Numbered from the stretch's first letter, positions 1 through 10,029 are shown. The stretch: DNA of 64,000 nucleotides from an uncultured Gemmatimonadales bacterium (GCA_963697435.1 CAVOOB010000002.1:516601-580600), one strand, 5' to 3'. Numbers and translations: made by a program. The notes: generated by a model from the sequence alone, not told the origin.

Positions 1-377
1 TTGGCCGTCGTCCCGATGACGTTGGTGTTGATATTCTTGTTGCCGAACTTGATCTGCAGCGACGACTGCATCTCGGGCACGACCGCCGTGATGAGCGTCG
101 CATCCCGCTTGATGGCGTCGGCATCGTCGGTGGTGAGGCTGACCCGGCTGTTCGAGGCGACCCCGCGGTTGTATGACTGGCCTGCATAGATGGTGAGCAG
201 GTTGGCGCCCAGTGAATTGATGCGGTCCTCGACCGCGCGTTGGGCGCCGGTCCCCAGGGCCACCATGGCGATGACGGCCGCGACGCCAATGATGACGCCG
301 AGCATGGTCAACGCCGTCCGGAGCTTGTTGGCGCGGATCGACTGGAATGCGACCGCGACCGTTTCGCCGATCATCAT
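1..377 (-). CDS. ABC transporter permease, MacB/FtsX family (N-terminal part; 3' end lies outside the window)
   Basis: Absent from the ORF track because it runs off the window. My minus-strand translation from ATG at 377 reads MMIGETVAVAFQSIRANKLRTALTMLGVIIGVAAVIAMVALG..., a typical N-terminal TM1 of MacB/FtsX-type permeases. It starts 3 nt after the adaptor gene stop. Confidence 0.8.
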   Translation of the reverse strand, partial: MMIGETVAVAFQSIRANKLRTALTMLGVIIGVAAVIAMVALGTGAQRAVEDRINSLGANLLTIYAGQSYNRGVASNSRVSLTTDDADAIKRDATLITAVVPEMQSSLQIKFGNKNINTNVIGTTA

Positions 378-379
378 GG

Positions 380-1894
380 CTAGCGACCTCCTCCCGAACT
401 CGTGGTCGACCGCACCCCCGGCAATCCGCCGCCGGTGATGTTGCCGATCCGTTCCTTGAACTCCTTCTGTGATTCGATCAGGCCCGCGCTCGGGAGGATG
501 AGCACCTCATCGCCGAGGGCCAGTCCGCTCATCACCTCGCTGTAGTCGAGGTCGGTCAGCCCGGTCCGGACGCTCACCGGGGTTGGCAGTCCATCCCGCA
601 GGACGAACACGATGTACCGCCCGCCGAACTGGAAGTCGTTGCTTTGGGCGCGCTGTCCGCCGCCCGGCCGGCCTCCACGGCCGCCACCCGCGCCCGCCAT
701 CACCTGGCGGAGAGTAGCCGTCTCGGCGGCGGTCAGCTCCTGCCCGCCCATCCGCTTGGCAAAGATCGCGCGGACCTGGGCCTCGGTGACACCCGCCGGG
801 AGGGGAATCACGCGGCCATCCGGCGTGGTCATGGTGTTGCCGGCCGGCTTTGCCGACGCCGCGCTGTCACGCGGAGCAGTCGCCGCTGCCAGCGTGCTCC
901 GGCCGCCCGCGCTGTCGGACCGTGCGGCTGTCGCGCTATCGTTCGCGGCCAGCATGGCGGGAATGTCGTTCGGATTGAGGCCGAGCACCTCGGCGGCGGA
1001 ATTGACGTCCCGCTGCGTCCGCAGCGACGCGTTGGGAATGGCCAGGACGCTGTCCCGCTGCCCGACGTGAATCTCCACCTCGGAGTTCATGCCGGGGCGG
1101 AGGCGCCCGTCGCGGTTCTGAATCCGGACAATGACCGGGAACATCGTCACGTTCTGCTGCGTCTCCGCCTGGGGCTCGACCTTCAGGACCTCGCCGTCGA
1201 ACGGCGTGTTCGGATAGGCGTCCACCGTGACGGTGGCCCGGAGTCCCGACTTGATCTTGCCGATGTCGGTCTCGTCAACCAGTGTCCGGACTTGCACCAG
1301 GTTGAGGTCGGCCATTTTGAGCAACACCGTCCCGCCCCCCACGTCGCTGGTGGGAGATGAAATGACCTGGCCCCGTTCCACATTCTTCTCGATGATGGTG
1401 CCGGTAATCGGCGCCCGCACGTCGGTGTCCGCCATCCGGATCTTGGCGTTTTCCACCGCGACCTCGGCCCCCACGACCTCCGCCTTGGCGTTCGCGTAGG
1501 CGAGCGCGGCCGCCTCCTGCTCCGTCTGGGTGATGGACTGGGACTTGTAGAGATCGTTGGCCCGGGTGAGCTGGCTGAGTGCGTTCTTGAGCCGGGCCTG
1601 GGCCACCTCGAGCTGTGCTTCCGACTGCGCGAGTGTGTTCCGCGGCGTCCGTTGGTCGACGCGAACCATCAAGGCGCCGCGCTCCACCAGCTGACCGGTC
1701 TCCACGAGCATTTCGAGGATCTCGCCGGAGGCCTTCGACTTCACCTCGACGGTGGTATCCGGCTGGATGACGCCGGCGGCCTGCGCGGACACGACGATAT
1801 TGCGCGGCGCCACCGGCACTGCCTGGTACACCAGTGGCGGCGCTTCCTTCTTGCAGGCCGCGAGGGCCAGGAGGGCGAGGATCAGGGTCCGCAT
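380..1894 (-). CDS. Efflux periplasmic adaptor (HlyD/MacA family) lipoprotein with a large low-complexity insertion
   Basis: Lipobox LLALAAC. Coiled-coil hairpin region (AQSEAQLEVAQARLKNA...) and barrel motifs (APITGTIIEKNVERGQ). It sits between the ABC ATPase and the FtsX permease, with start overlapping the ATPase stop (TAATG). Confidence 0.85.
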   Translation of the reverse strand: MRTLILALLALAACKKEAPPLVYQAVPVAPRNIVVSAQAAGVIQPDTTVEVKSKASGEILEMLVETGQLVERGALMVRVDQRTPRNTLAQSEAQLEVAQARLKNALSQLTRANDLYKSQSITQTEQEAAALAYANAKAEVVGAEVAVENAKIRMADTDVRAPITGTIIEKNVERGQVISSPTSDVGGGTVLLKMADLNLVQVRTLVDETDIGKIKSGLRATVTVDAYPNTPFDGEVLKVEPQAETQQNVTMFPVIVRIQNRDGRLRPGMNSEVEIHVGQRDSVLAIPNASLRTQRDVNSAAEVLGLNPNDIPAMLAANDSATAARSDSAGGRSTLAAATAPRDSAASAKPAGNTMTTPDGRVIPLPAGVTEAQVRAIFAKRMGGQELTAAETATLRQVMAGAGGGRGGRPGGGQRAQSNDFQFGGRYIVFVLRDGLPTPVSVRTGLTDLDYSEVMSGLALGDEVLILPSAGLIESQKEFKERIGNITGGGLPGVRSTTSSGGGR

Positions 1895-2637
1895 TAGCTG
1901 CTCTTCTCCGTCAGGATGTCTTTCTCAATTCGCCCATCCAAGAGGTGGATCTGGCGTGCCGCGTGCGCGGCGATGTCGTGCTCGTGGGTGACCAGCACGA
2001 TCGTCTGGCCTCCTTTGTACAGGTCTTCGAAGAGCGCCATGATTTCGGCGCTCGTGGCCGAGTCAAGGTTGCCCGTCGGTTCGTCGGCCAGGATGATGCT
2101 GGGGTCGTTGACCAGCGCCCGGGCCACGGCCACACGCTGGCGCTGACCACCCGAGAGTTCGTTCGGCCGGTGGTGCATCCGGTCGGCCAGGCCGACCTGT
2201 CGCAGCGCTTCGGTCGCTTTGGCGATCCTGGCCTTGGCGCCGATGCCGGCATACACGAGCGGCAGCTCCACGTTGTGGAGCGCCGTGGCACGGGGGAGGA
2301 GGTTGAAGGTCTGGAAGACGAAGCCGATCTCCTTGTTCCGGATTCGGGCCAGTTCGTCGTCCGCCAGCTCCGAAACACGGAACCCGTTCAGCCAGTACTC
2401 TCCACCAGTGGGGCTGTCCAGGCAGCCGATCATGTTCATCAGCGTGGACTTGCCGGACCCTGACGGGCCCATGATGGCCACGAACTCGTTCTTCCGGATC
2501 GTGACGTCCACGCCGCGCAGGGCACGGACGACTTCGCCGCCCATATCGTACTCGCGCTGGAGATTGCGGGTGACGATCATCGCGTCCCGGGGCACATCGT
2601 CGGGCAGCATGGCCATCCGTTCGGCGGTGGTGCTCAT
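1894..2637 (-). CDS. ABC transporter ATP-binding protein (MacB/LolD-type)
   Basis: Walker [10 protein letters not shown], signature [15 protein letters not shown], Walker [14 protein letters not shown] trimmed the 403-aa track ORF to the internal ATG at 2637 ([11 protein letters not shown]...), because the upstream part is Arg/Pro-rich overlap with tolC. Confidence 0.9.
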   Translation of the reverse strand: MSTTAERMAMLPDDVPRDAMIVTRNLQREYDMGGEVVRALRGVDVTIRKNEFVAIMGPSGSGKSTLMNMIGCLDSPTGGEYWLNGFRVSELADDELARIRNKEIGFVFQTFNLLPRATALHNVELPLVYAGIGAKARIAKATEALRQVGLADRMHHRPNELSGGQRQRVAVARALVNDPSIILADEPTGNLDSATSAEIMALFEDLYKGGQTIVLVTHEHDIAAHAARQIHLLDGRIEKDILTEKSS

Positions 2638-2645
2638 GGTAGTAC

Positions 2646-3950
2646 TCACAGGGGCCTCCCAACGAGGGCTTCGATCTGGGCTTTGGCGATGAGGTAGTTG
2701 TAGCGGGCCTGGATGACGTCCACTTCCGCCTGGGACAGTGCTTCCTGCGAGCTCAGCACGTCCACGATGGTCGCCGCACCGACCCGGTAGCGTTCCTGGT
2801 TGACGCGCAGGTCCTCCGTAGCGGCCGTCAGGCTTGTGCCGGTGATCTCGATCTGCAGGCGTGCGGCGTCGAGCTCCGCGAGCCGCGCAATCAGCGAGGC
2901 GCCCACCTGACGCCGGGCGTCGGCGGCGGTGGAGGCTGCGGCGTCGGCGTTCGTCGAGGCGTTGACGACGGACTGGTCGCGCTGGAACCCGTTGAAGATC
3001 GGATAGCTGAGGGCCAGCGTCATCGAGCGGCTGTCGAAGAACTGGTAGTCCTGGCTGTCGTTGCCGTTGTAGCTGTATCGCCCCGAGATGCTCAACTGCG
3101 GCCACCAGGCGGCCTTGGCCGCCTTCACGTTGGCGCGTGCGGCGTCGGCCTGGGCCTGCGCGGCCCGCACCCTGGGGGAGTTGTCTTCCGCCTCGGTGCG
3201 GATCATCGCCGTGTCGCCGATCTCGGTCACCACCAGGAAGGCCGAATCGGGGAGCGCACGCACCCGGCCGTCCAGCCCCACGAGCCGGCCAAGGTTCGCT
3301 TCGGACGTGGCCACCGCGGTAAGGGCGGTCAGCAGCTGGAGCCGGGAGTTGCCGACCGTCACCAGCGAGCGGAGGGAGTCAGAGCGCGTCGCGCTGCCCG
3401 CCTGCAGTTTCGCCACGGACACACTGAGCTGTTCTTCCGATCGCTTCAGGCCGGCTTCCCGCACGCGGACCAACTCGTTGGCCGCCAGCGCGCCGAAGAA
3501 CGTCTGCTTGGCGCTCAGCGCGGTCTGGTACTGGGCGTCGATCAGCCCGGCATCGGCGGCCACCTCGGTCGCCTTGGCCGAATTCATCTGGGCCCCACGC
3601 CGGAAGCCGGTGAAGAGGTCGAGCGAGGCACTCGCGCTATTGCTGAAGCTCTGCGCGTACGACTCGCCCGAGATGACCTCGCCCGTGATCTGGTTGACGC
3701 GGGAAGGGCCATTCGAATAGCTGGTCCCGTAGCTGGAGCTCACCGACAACGAGGGAATGAACGCCCCCCAGCTCGTGCGATACTGGGCCGATGCCCGGTC
3801 GACGGCACCCTGCGCCGCGATGACCGAGGGCTGCGCCAGCTGGGCCTTCGTGATGGCGTCCGCCAGCGTGATGGCCGGGGTGGTCGGATCCTGGGCGCTC
3901 AGCAGGGCCGGGAGCGCCACCGAAAGCGCGAGGAGTCTAGCGAGGTGCAT
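2646..3950 (-). CDS. TolC-family outer membrane efflux protein
   Basis: Signal peptide [20 protein letters not shown]. Two repeated OEP-type alpha-helical segments. First structural gene of the efflux operon. Start trimmed to ATG at 3950. Confidence 0.85.
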   Translation of the reverse strand: MHLARLLALSVALPALLSAQDPTTPAITLADAITKAQLAQPSVIAAQGAVDRASAQYRTSWGAFIPSLSVSSSYGTSYSNGPSRVNQITGEVISGESYAQSFSNSASASLDLFTGFRRGAQMNSAKATEVAADAGLIDAQYQTALSAKQTFFGALAANELVRVREAGLKRSEEQLSVSVAKLQAGSATRSDSLRSLVTVGNSRLQLLTALTAVATSEANLGRLVGLDGRVRALPDSAFLVVTEIGDTAMIRTEAEDNSPRVRAAQAQADAARANVKAAKAAWWPQLSISGRYSYNGNDSQDYQFFDSRSMTLALSYPIFNGFQRDQSVVNASTNADAAASTAADARRQVGASLIARLAELDAARLQIEITGTSLTAATEDLRVNQERYRVGAATIVDVLSSQEALSQAEVDVIQARYNYLIAKAQIEALVGRPL

Positions 3951-4329
3951 TCGAGGCGTCCTTGCCGTTGCGGCGCCGGGCGTCCCGGCGTTCCAGGAGC
4001 TCAGCGTAGTGGCGCTGCTGGTCGGGGGTGAGTTGTGCGTTGATGTCCGAACGGAGTTCGGTGCGAAGTGTTTCAAATTTCGGCCGAATATCCTGCCAGA
4101 TAGAGTCCATCCCCGGCTCAAATCGTTTAAGGATGGCGCCGACGCTGTCACGCTGGATCGGCGTCAGCTCCAGGTCCTTCGACAGCCGAGAGAGGTACCC
4201 CGAAGGTCCCGAAGAGTGCCCCATGCCTGGCGGGCGGCGGTAGAGTGCCACGCCGCCGATGCCCGCGATCACCCCGAGGGCGAAGGCGACCAGCAGGAGG
4301 AGCGTGGCAGTGCGAGTGGACTTGGACAT
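3937..4329 (-). CDS. Periplasmic LTXXQ-motif protein (Spy/CpxP/ZraP-like)
   Basis: N-terminal TM/signal (ATLLLLVAFALGVIAGIGGVAL). Two LTPxQ motifs (LELTPIQRD, AQLTPDQQR). Basic C-terminal tail. Overlaps the tolC start by 14 nt. Confidence 0.7.
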   Translation of the reverse strand: MSKSTRTATLLLLVAFALGVIAGIGGVALYRRPPGMGHSSGPSGYLSRLSKDLELTPIQRDSVGAILKRFEPGMDSIWQDIRPKFETLRTELRSDINAQLTPDQQRHYAELLERRDARRRNGKDASNAPR

Positions 4330-4346
4330 TCGTAGTGCTCCCCGAC

Positions 4347-4691
4347 TCAGTAGGCCATGACCGCGAGAAGCGCGACGCTCCCGGCGGGCGACGAATCGCT
4401 GGCCAGTTCTACAAGCGAGCCGGCCGCCGTCGCCGAGGCGCTGCGGGCGGCCGGTTGCGGCGTGGTATCACCCAGCGTCGCTCCGAGGACCGCCAGAATC
4501 ACCGCGGCGGCGGCCAGTCCGGGCAGCGTCCAGCGGGCGACCGCGCGCCAGGCCGTCTCGTCCGCAGTGGCGACCGCCGCCACGCGCATCCGCGCGGCGA
4601 ACGCCGCGTCGTCCGGCGCAGAGAGGTGGGCGCGCAGGAGGGAACCGAGTTCCTCGTCGCGTCCGGTGGAGAATTCGTTGAATTCGGGCAT
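4347..4691 (-). CDS. Putative anti-sigma factor (single-pass membrane protein)
   Basis: 114 aa with one TM (WTLPGLAAAAVILAVLGATL). ATGA start/stop overlap with the upstream ECF sigma gene. Start trimmed to ATG at 4691. Confidence 0.6.
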   Translation of the reverse strand: MPEFNEFSTGRDEELGSLLRAHLSAPDDAAFAARMRVAAVATADETAWRAVARWTLPGLAAAAVILAVLGATLGDTTPQPAARSASATAAGSLVELASDSSPAGSVALLAVMAY

Positions 4692-5245
4692 CAGGCATCT
4701 CCTCCCATCGAACCCAGGGCCGCGCGCATGGTGCGGCGAGCGTGAAACACATCGGAGCGGACCGTGCCAACCGGCACGCCAAGCATCGTGGCGATCTCGT
4801 CGTGCACGTACCCCTCGGCGTCGTGCAGCACGAGGGCCATCCTGCGTCGTTCCGGCAGCGTCGCCAGGGCCCGGTTCAGCGCCTCCCGCAGGAGCGCCCG
4901 GTCGGTGTCGCGATCGGGCGTCGAGCCGGTGTCCGGCGTGGCCGCGGGAATCTCCTCGGTCCGCCGGAGTTTCCGGCGCCGCCGCAGGTCCGCCGCGGCA
5001 TTGACCACGATCCTCATGAACCACGGCCCAAACGGCCTGGCCGGGTCGAAGCGGTCCATCGCCCGCCAGGCGGAAAAGAGGGCGTCCTGCACCGCGTCAT
5101 CGGCGTCGTGCTGATCCAGGAGTGCCGCCCGGGCGACCCGGCGGGCCCGCTCGGCGTGTCGCTCCACGAGCAGCCCGAAGGCCTCGCTGCTGCCTCCGCA
5201 CGCCTGGGCGGCCAGCTCGGCATCGGTCACAGCAGATTTACGCAT
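4691..5245 (-). CDS. ECF-family RNA polymerase sigma factor (sigma-70 group 4)
   Basis: Region 2 (DADDAVQDALFSAWRAMDRFD..FGPWFMRIVVNAAADLRRRR) and region 4 HTH (EGYVHDEIATMLGVPVGTVRSDVFHARR). Confidence 0.9.
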   Translation of the reverse strand: MRKSAVTDAELAAQACGGSSEAFGLLVERHAERARRVARAALLDQHDADDAVQDALFSAWRAMDRFDPARPFGPWFMRIVVNAAADLRRRRKLRRTEEIPAATPDTGSTPDRDTDRALLREALNRALATLPERRRMALVLHDAEGYVHDEIATMLGVPVGTVRSDVFHARRTMRAALGSMGGDA

Positions 5246-5284
5246 CAGGGGCCGAAAGCGTTGAGGCGGGTGGGTCGGTGGGGT

Positions 5285-6670
5285 TCACAGGTCGATGCGG
5301 CCGCGGAACGCCTGGACGGCGGCCCCGATGGCCAGCCAGGTGCAGATGGCCGCCACGACGATGCCCATGGCCCTGGGAAGGACGAGAAAGAGGAAGCCCA
5401 AAGCGGTCAGCCCGACGGCCACCGGCCCGAAGACCGACCGCTGGGCTGCACTGGCCAGCCCCCGGACGGCGAGGCCTGTCTTGCGGCGGGCCTCTCGGAG
5501 CCGGCGCCGGCGCGGGAGAGGTGACGGGATGGCATGCTCGGCGGACTCCGGGGGCAGTCGCTCCAAGGTGCGTCCCTGCCCGCCGGCGTGCAGCTGTACC
5601 TCCGCGCTCTGTGCCATGTCCCGCCGAAACTGAGCCTCCAGCTGGCCTCCAAGTTTCGGGTCGTGGAGGAGCAAGTCCAGTTCGTAGTTTCCCACGAGGC
5701 TGGAGCTGTTGAGGTTGCTCGAGCCGACCCGGCACCAGGCGCCGTCGGCCACGATGGTCTTCGCGTGGAGCATCGGGCCTCCCCACTCGAAGATCCGCAC
5801 CCCTGCCTCGAGCAGCGCCCGGTAGCCGATCCGACTGAGGTTGCGAATGAGCGGCAGGTCGCTCGCCCCGGGGAGCAGGAGGCGGACGTCGACGCCATTG
5901 CGGGCGGCATCGAGGAGGGACTGGAAGAGCGAACGGGGGGCCACGAGATAGGCGTCTGTGATCCAGAGCCGGTCGACGGCACCGGCGGCCAGCAACTCCA
6001 CGACGCGCTGGATCCGTGCCCGTCGGGGCTCGCCGACGACGACGCCGACCTCGGCATGCCCCGCCGATGGAAACTCTCCAGCGTGCCGTCCCGGCGGAAT
6101 CGCCCCGCCGGCCAGGATCCAGATCTGCTCGAAGGCCTGGTCCAGTGCCATCGCTGCCGGACCCACGATCTGGATGGCAGTGTCGCGCCAGGGCGGAACG
6201 CCGCGTTCCGGGTCGCCGGCCCACTCGTCCCCGATACATAGGCCGCCAATGAAGGCGGTCCCGGCATCTGTGACCAGCAGCTTTCGGTGATCGCGGGAGA
6301 CGTTGCCAAGCAGGTCGAGGAATCGGGGCGGATTGAAGCGGCGGAGTTCGACGCCGGCGTGGTCCAGCTCGGACGCCAGCCGCCCCCCCAGCCCTCGGCT
6401 GCCGAGCCAGTCGGTCAGGAGGCGTACGGAGAGGCCGGCCCTGGCCCGTTCCATGAGGGCCTCGCAGAAGAGGCGGCCGGTGACGTCGTCGCGGATGATG
6501 TAGTTCTCGAGGTGGACCCACTGCTCGGCCTGCCGGATGGCTTCCAGCATGGCGGGGTACACCCGCGGGCCGTCGAGGAGGAGGCGAGTCGCATTGCCTG
6601 GAATGAAGCGCGTGCCTCCGGCCCGGGCGAGCGAACGCTCGGCGAGCGCGGCGACGGCCAGCGTGCTCAT
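5285..6670 (-). CDS. Cardiolipin synthase / phospholipase D family protein
   Basis: Two HKD motifs (HRKLLVTD...; HAKTIVADGAWCRVGSSNLN). C-terminal hydrophobic helices. The same-strand 487-aa ORF in another frame is Arg/Pro-rich and was rejected. Confidence 0.85.
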   Translation of the reverse strand: MSTLAVAALAERSLARAGGTRFIPGNATRLLLDGPRVYPAMLEAIRQAEQWVHLENYIIRDDVTGRLFCEALMERARAGLSVRLLTDWLGSRGLGGRLASELDHAGVELRRFNPPRFLDLLGNVSRDHRKLLVTDAGTAFIGGLCIGDEWAGDPERGVPPWRDTAIQIVGPAAMALDQAFEQIWILAGGAIPPGRHAGEFPSAGHAEVGVVVGEPRRARIQRVVELLAAGAVDRLWITDAYLVAPRSLFQSLLDAARNGVDVRLLLPGASDLPLIRNLSRIGYRALLEAGVRIFEWGGPMLHAKTIVADGAWCRVGSSNLNSSSLVGNYELDLLLHDPKLGGQLEAQFRRDMAQSAEVQLHAGGQGRTLERLPPESAEHAIPSPLPRRRRLREARRKTGLAVRGLASAAQRSVFGPVAVGLTALGFLFLVLPRAMGIVVAAICTWLAIGAAVQAFRGRIDL

Positions 6671-7251
6671 CCCGTGGGGCCGAGACCCAGCACGGATTCA
6701 TGCGGGCGGAGCGCCTCGAGCAGAAACTGGATCAGTTCGTCGAGGGGCCACCCCAGTTCCTCCACACCGAGGCGCACGTCCTCACGGCTCACCCCCCTGG
6801 CAAAGGCCTTGTCCTTGAGTTTCTTCAGGACGCTCTTCGGCTCGAGATCGGTCAGGGAACGGGAAGGACGGACCAGGGCACAGGCCACGAGGAACCCGCA
6901 GAGCTCATCAACGGCAAAGAGGGCGCGGGCCATCGGTGTCTCGCGCGGCACCCCGGTGTACGCGGCGTGGCCGAGGATCGCCTGTTGCCACTCTTCGGGG
7001 GCGCCGAGGCCGCCGAGGATCCGGACTCCCTCGCTGGGGTGCTCGGCGTCGGGCGCGTGGGCCGCATTGGGAAACCGCTCATAGTCGAAGTCGTGCACCA
7101 GGCCGACGGTGCCCCAGGCGTCCGGGTCCTCGCCGGCGCGAGCGGCCATGGCACGCATGGCGATCTCCACGGCGTACATGTGCTTTCGGAGCGCCTCGGA
7201 CGGGGTGTACTCGTGCATCAGGGCGAGCGCGCGGTCGCGGGTGAGCGTCAT
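6667..7251 (-). CDS. HD/HDIG domain metal-dependent phosphohydrolase
   Basis: HD dyad context (GLVHDFDYERF) and conserved His residues. 4-nt overlap with the downstream cls-like gene. Confidence 0.75.
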   Translation of the reverse strand: MTLTRDRALALMHEYTPSEALRKHMYAVEIAMRAMAARAGEDPDAWGTVGLVHDFDYERFPNAAHAPDAEHPSEGVRILGGLGAPEEWQQAILGHAAYTGVPRETPMARALFAVDELCGFLVACALVRPSRSLTDLEPKSVLKKLKDKAFARGVSREDVRLGVEELGWPLDELIQFLLEALRPHESVLGLGPTG

Positions 7252-7321
7252 GCCATCTCCTCAAGGGGTCTGAGGGAAAGCTAAGGGGATGCGAGTGTGG
7301 GGTAAGAGGTCGCAGAATGTC

Positions 7322-7357
7322 GAAGGGCGGCGGGCCAGAGATGGCCCGCCGCCCTTC
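7322..7357 (-). terminator. GC-rich hairpin, putative intrinsic terminator after the SGNH hydrolase gene
   Basis: Perfect inverted repeat GAAGGGCGGCGGGCC(A)-GAGA-(T)GGCCCGCCGCCCTTC, about 28 nt downstream of the stop at 7385. The U-tract on the minus strand is weak. Confidence 0.6.
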
Positions 7358-7384
7358 GCATCTGCATCGGTGAAATTCAGCCGA

Positions 7385-8626
7385 TCAGGGGATGCTGGTC
7401 CCGAAGAACCGGTTCACCGCCGAGACGAGCGAGTCCGTCACCACTTGGTGCGCCAAGGTGGAGGGATGGACGCCGTCGAGGGTGAAGTAGGGGCCAAACC
7501 CGACCGACCCGCCGGCGAGCGCCGGAAGGAGGTCCGGGATCGACGGAATGGCGCCGGTGGCCACGAGGGCCAGGAGCGGCGGATTCACGTCGAGGTACGC
7601 CATCCCCCGGCTGGTGGCCTCCGCCTGGATGTACGCGTTGAACTGGCCCACCGCCGTCTGCATGGCGGCCAGCTCGGTCGGTGAGATGACGAGGGCATCG
7701 ATCGAGCAGTCCATCGTCTGGGGTGCACCGCCTGCGGCCGCGGCGAGCAACGGCACGGCCTTGGTCCACGGGATGAGCGTGGCGAGCCCAGCCGGGGCGG
7801 CACAGTTCACGTCCACGGTCCAGAGCCCGAGCATCTGCAGGCCCGCCAGGTTCGGGTCCGGGGTGGTCGGGAGCGGCGCCTGACAACGGGCCGGGTCGAC
7901 GTAGGTGAGGCAGTAGTAGATCGCCGTCCGTGAAGCATACGGAATGACCGAGACGTCGGTCACGCTGATGAGGGTGGCGGCTGCCCCGCTCATCTCGATC
8001 GTGTCCAGCATCGTTGAGTAGTTGGCCTGGAACACCGGCAGCGGGGTGATCAGGGCTGGATTCCCCGGATTCGACTGGCTGGTCAGCGCGCCCAACACGT
8101 CGTTGTTGCCGATCCAGGTGGTGACGAACGTCGGGTCGGCGTCCAGCATGGCCTGGTTCTGGGTCCGGCCGCCGAGGATGAAGGTCGTCAGCGCATTGCT
8201 GTTGGCGAAGGCGATCAGGTTGTCGTTCGGCGAGAACGACGTGGCGCCTGGTACCGCGACATTGCTGACGAACGGCAGCCGATCGTCGGCACGGAGGTCG
8301 CAAGTGGCAGCGGTACCGCCGCCGACCCGGGTCTGCGTGACGTTGTTGGTGAGCGGCGGCGCGCAGCCCCGTCCCTGCAGGGACGGCACAAAGAACGGCG
8401 CGTTCGCGCGGCCGGCAAAGAGCACCGCGTAGGAGCGCTGCTGCGTGCTGTCGTTGATGCCACCGGACTGGTAGCCGGCGGTGATGCTGTTGCCCATGGA
8501 GACGTACCGCTCCATGAGGCCGTTGCTCGTGGAAAGGTCAGGCGCGTTTAGCGGATCGTTGTCGTAGCACCCCGCCAGGAGGGGGAGCGCCAGCAAGAGA
8601 GCCGCGGCCACTCGGATGCGCTGCAT
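7385..8626 (-). CDS. SGNH/GDSL-family hydrolase lipoprotein
   Basis: Lipobox LLAGC. Block I motif MGNSITAGY. C-terminal DGVHPS block V. Confidence 0.75.
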   Translation of the reverse strand: MQRIRVAAALLLALPLLAGCYDNDPLNAPDLSTSNGLMERYVSMGNSITAGYQSGGINDSTQQRSYAVLFAGRANAPFFVPSLQGRGCAPPLTNNVTQTRVGGGTAATCDLRADDRLPFVSNVAVPGATSFSPNDNLIAFANSNALTTFILGGRTQNQAMLDADPTFVTTWIGNNDVLGALTSQSNPGNPALITPLPVFQANYSTMLDTIEMSGAAATLISVTDVSVIPYASRTAIYYCLTYVDPARCQAPLPTTPDPNLAGLQMLGLWTVDVNCAAPAGLATLIPWTKAVPLLAAAAGGAPQTMDCSIDALVISPTELAAMQTAVGQFNAYIQAEATSRGMAYLDVNPPLLALVATGAIPSIPDLLPALAGGSVGFGPYFTLDGVHPSTLAHQVVTDSLVSAVNRFFGTSIP

Positions 8627-8643
8627 ATGCTGTGATCTCCCGA

Positions 8644-10029
8644 TCAGAACGAGTAAGTCAGGGTGATGCCGACGAGATTGGCGCTGAACGTATACAGTCC
8701 GTCGTTCAACGCGGAGGTCGGAACGGCTTCGCCGCCGTCGCCGCTCCGCCCCTGGCGGTCAGCCTGATCGATGTACTGGTAGGCGAGGTCGAACCCGAAA
8801 CGGTCAGAGAGATGCGTGCCGAAGCCGGCGGTGAACTCGGTCCGCGCCGCTTCCGGCAGGTTCGGGGTCACGGTCTGGTCGGGGGCTGCCGCGTTGTGGG
8901 CGATGATACCGAGACGGGCCGTGGACTTGGAGCCGACCATGTACTCGCCACCGAGTCGCCACGACGTCGTGTTGCGATAGTCTTCCACGAGCGTCCTGTC
9001 GCCGAGGAGGCTGAAGCTGATCGGCAGGGTCTCCCAGACTTCCCAGAACTGGATGCCGACGTCGCCGAGGATCTTCAGCTTGTCGGTGACCTGGAGGGTC
9101 AGGCCCATGTTGAGCTGGGCCGGGTACGGGAGGACGGCGGCGCCGCCTTGGTCGACCAGCGGGCCGTTGGTGAACAGCGGGGCCACCAGCGCATCAACCG
9201 GCGTGCCTGCCGGGTAGCCGAGCGGGTTGCTCGGCGCCAGGTACAGATCGGTCGAGACCTGGCTGATCGTCGCCGCACCGTCATCGACATTCACGGTCTG
9301 CTTGGAAAGGTACCGGATGCCGAACGACAGCTTGTCGGTGAGCTGGGCGATGGCGCCGAGGTGGAAGCCGAGCGAGAGGTCGCTGCCGGCAAGCTCGACA
9401 TTGGCGAAATCGGTTCCATACGCGATGCCGAGATTGGCGAAAGTGATCCCACCGCCACCCGGGACCAGCTGGTCGGCGAGGTCAACCCGCTGCTTCAGCT
9501 CGACCGTCGAACTGGTGATGTCGAACCCGATACCGAAGCTGAGGCGCTTGCCGGCCTTGAGGCCGAAGGTGGGCTGGAAGTAGATGCCCTTGACCGAGCT
9601 GTAGTAGCCCAGGAAGCGGCCCTGGGCGTCGTCCGGCCATTCGATGGCCAGCCCGTAGGGGGCAAAGATACCGAAGCCGATGGTCGCCTCATCGGAGAGG
9701 CCATACCCCACGTAGACCGCGGGGACCGGATGCGTCGCCTCGACGAGGGTGCTCACTTCACCGGTGCTGCTGTTGGTGAAGTCGCCCGTCGCACGGATCA
9801 GCGTGGCCCCACCGCTGGCCACGCCCTTCCCCGCGGGGAGAATCAGGCCGGCAGGGTTGAAGAAGATGGCCGAGCCGTCGGCACACGGGGAGGCGACACC
9901 GGTCCCGCCGCGACCCATGGCACATGAACTCTGTTCGTTGACGCTGAACCCTTGGGCTTCGGCCGATCGCGGCATGACCAAGACGGCAGTCAATACCCCG
10001 GCGGCAATCCAAACCTGGAACCGTCGCAT
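8644..10029 (-). CDS. Outer membrane transport protein, OMPP1/FadL/TodX family
   Basis: Signal peptide (MRRFQVWIAAGVLTAVLVMPRSAEAQG). N-terminal hatch motif (GRGGTGVA...FFNPAGL). Beta-strand alternation. C-terminal ...GITLTYSF aromatic terminus. Start trimmed to ATG at 10029. Confidence 0.85.
   Translation of the reverse strand: MRRFQVWIAAGVLTAVLVMPRSAEAQGFSVNEQSSCAMGRGGTGVASPCADGSAIFFNPAGLILPAGKGVASGGATLIRATGDFTNSSTGEVSTLVEATHPVPAVYVGYGLSDEATIGFGIFAPYGLAIEWPDDAQGRFLGYYSSVKGIYFQPTFGLKAGKRLSFGIGFDITSSTVELKQRVDLADQLVPGGGGITFANLGIAYGTDFANVELAGSDLSLGFHLGAIAQLTDKLSFGIRYLSKQTVNVDDGAATISQVSTDLYLAPSNPLGYPAGTPVDALVAPLFTNGPLVDQGGAAVLPYPAQLNMGLTLQVTDKLKILGDVGIQFWEVWETLPISFSLLGDRTLVEDYRNTTSWRLGGEYMVGSKSTARLGIIAHNAAAPDQTVTPNLPEAARTEFTAGFGTHLSDRFGFDLAYQYIDQADRQGRSGDGGEAVPTSALNDGLYTFSANLVGITLTYSF

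Noticed and set aside
5238-6701. 487-aa same-strand alternative frame over the cardiolipin synthase gene
   Set aside because: It is extremely Arg/Pro/Gly-rich. The 461-aa frame carries two HKD motifs.
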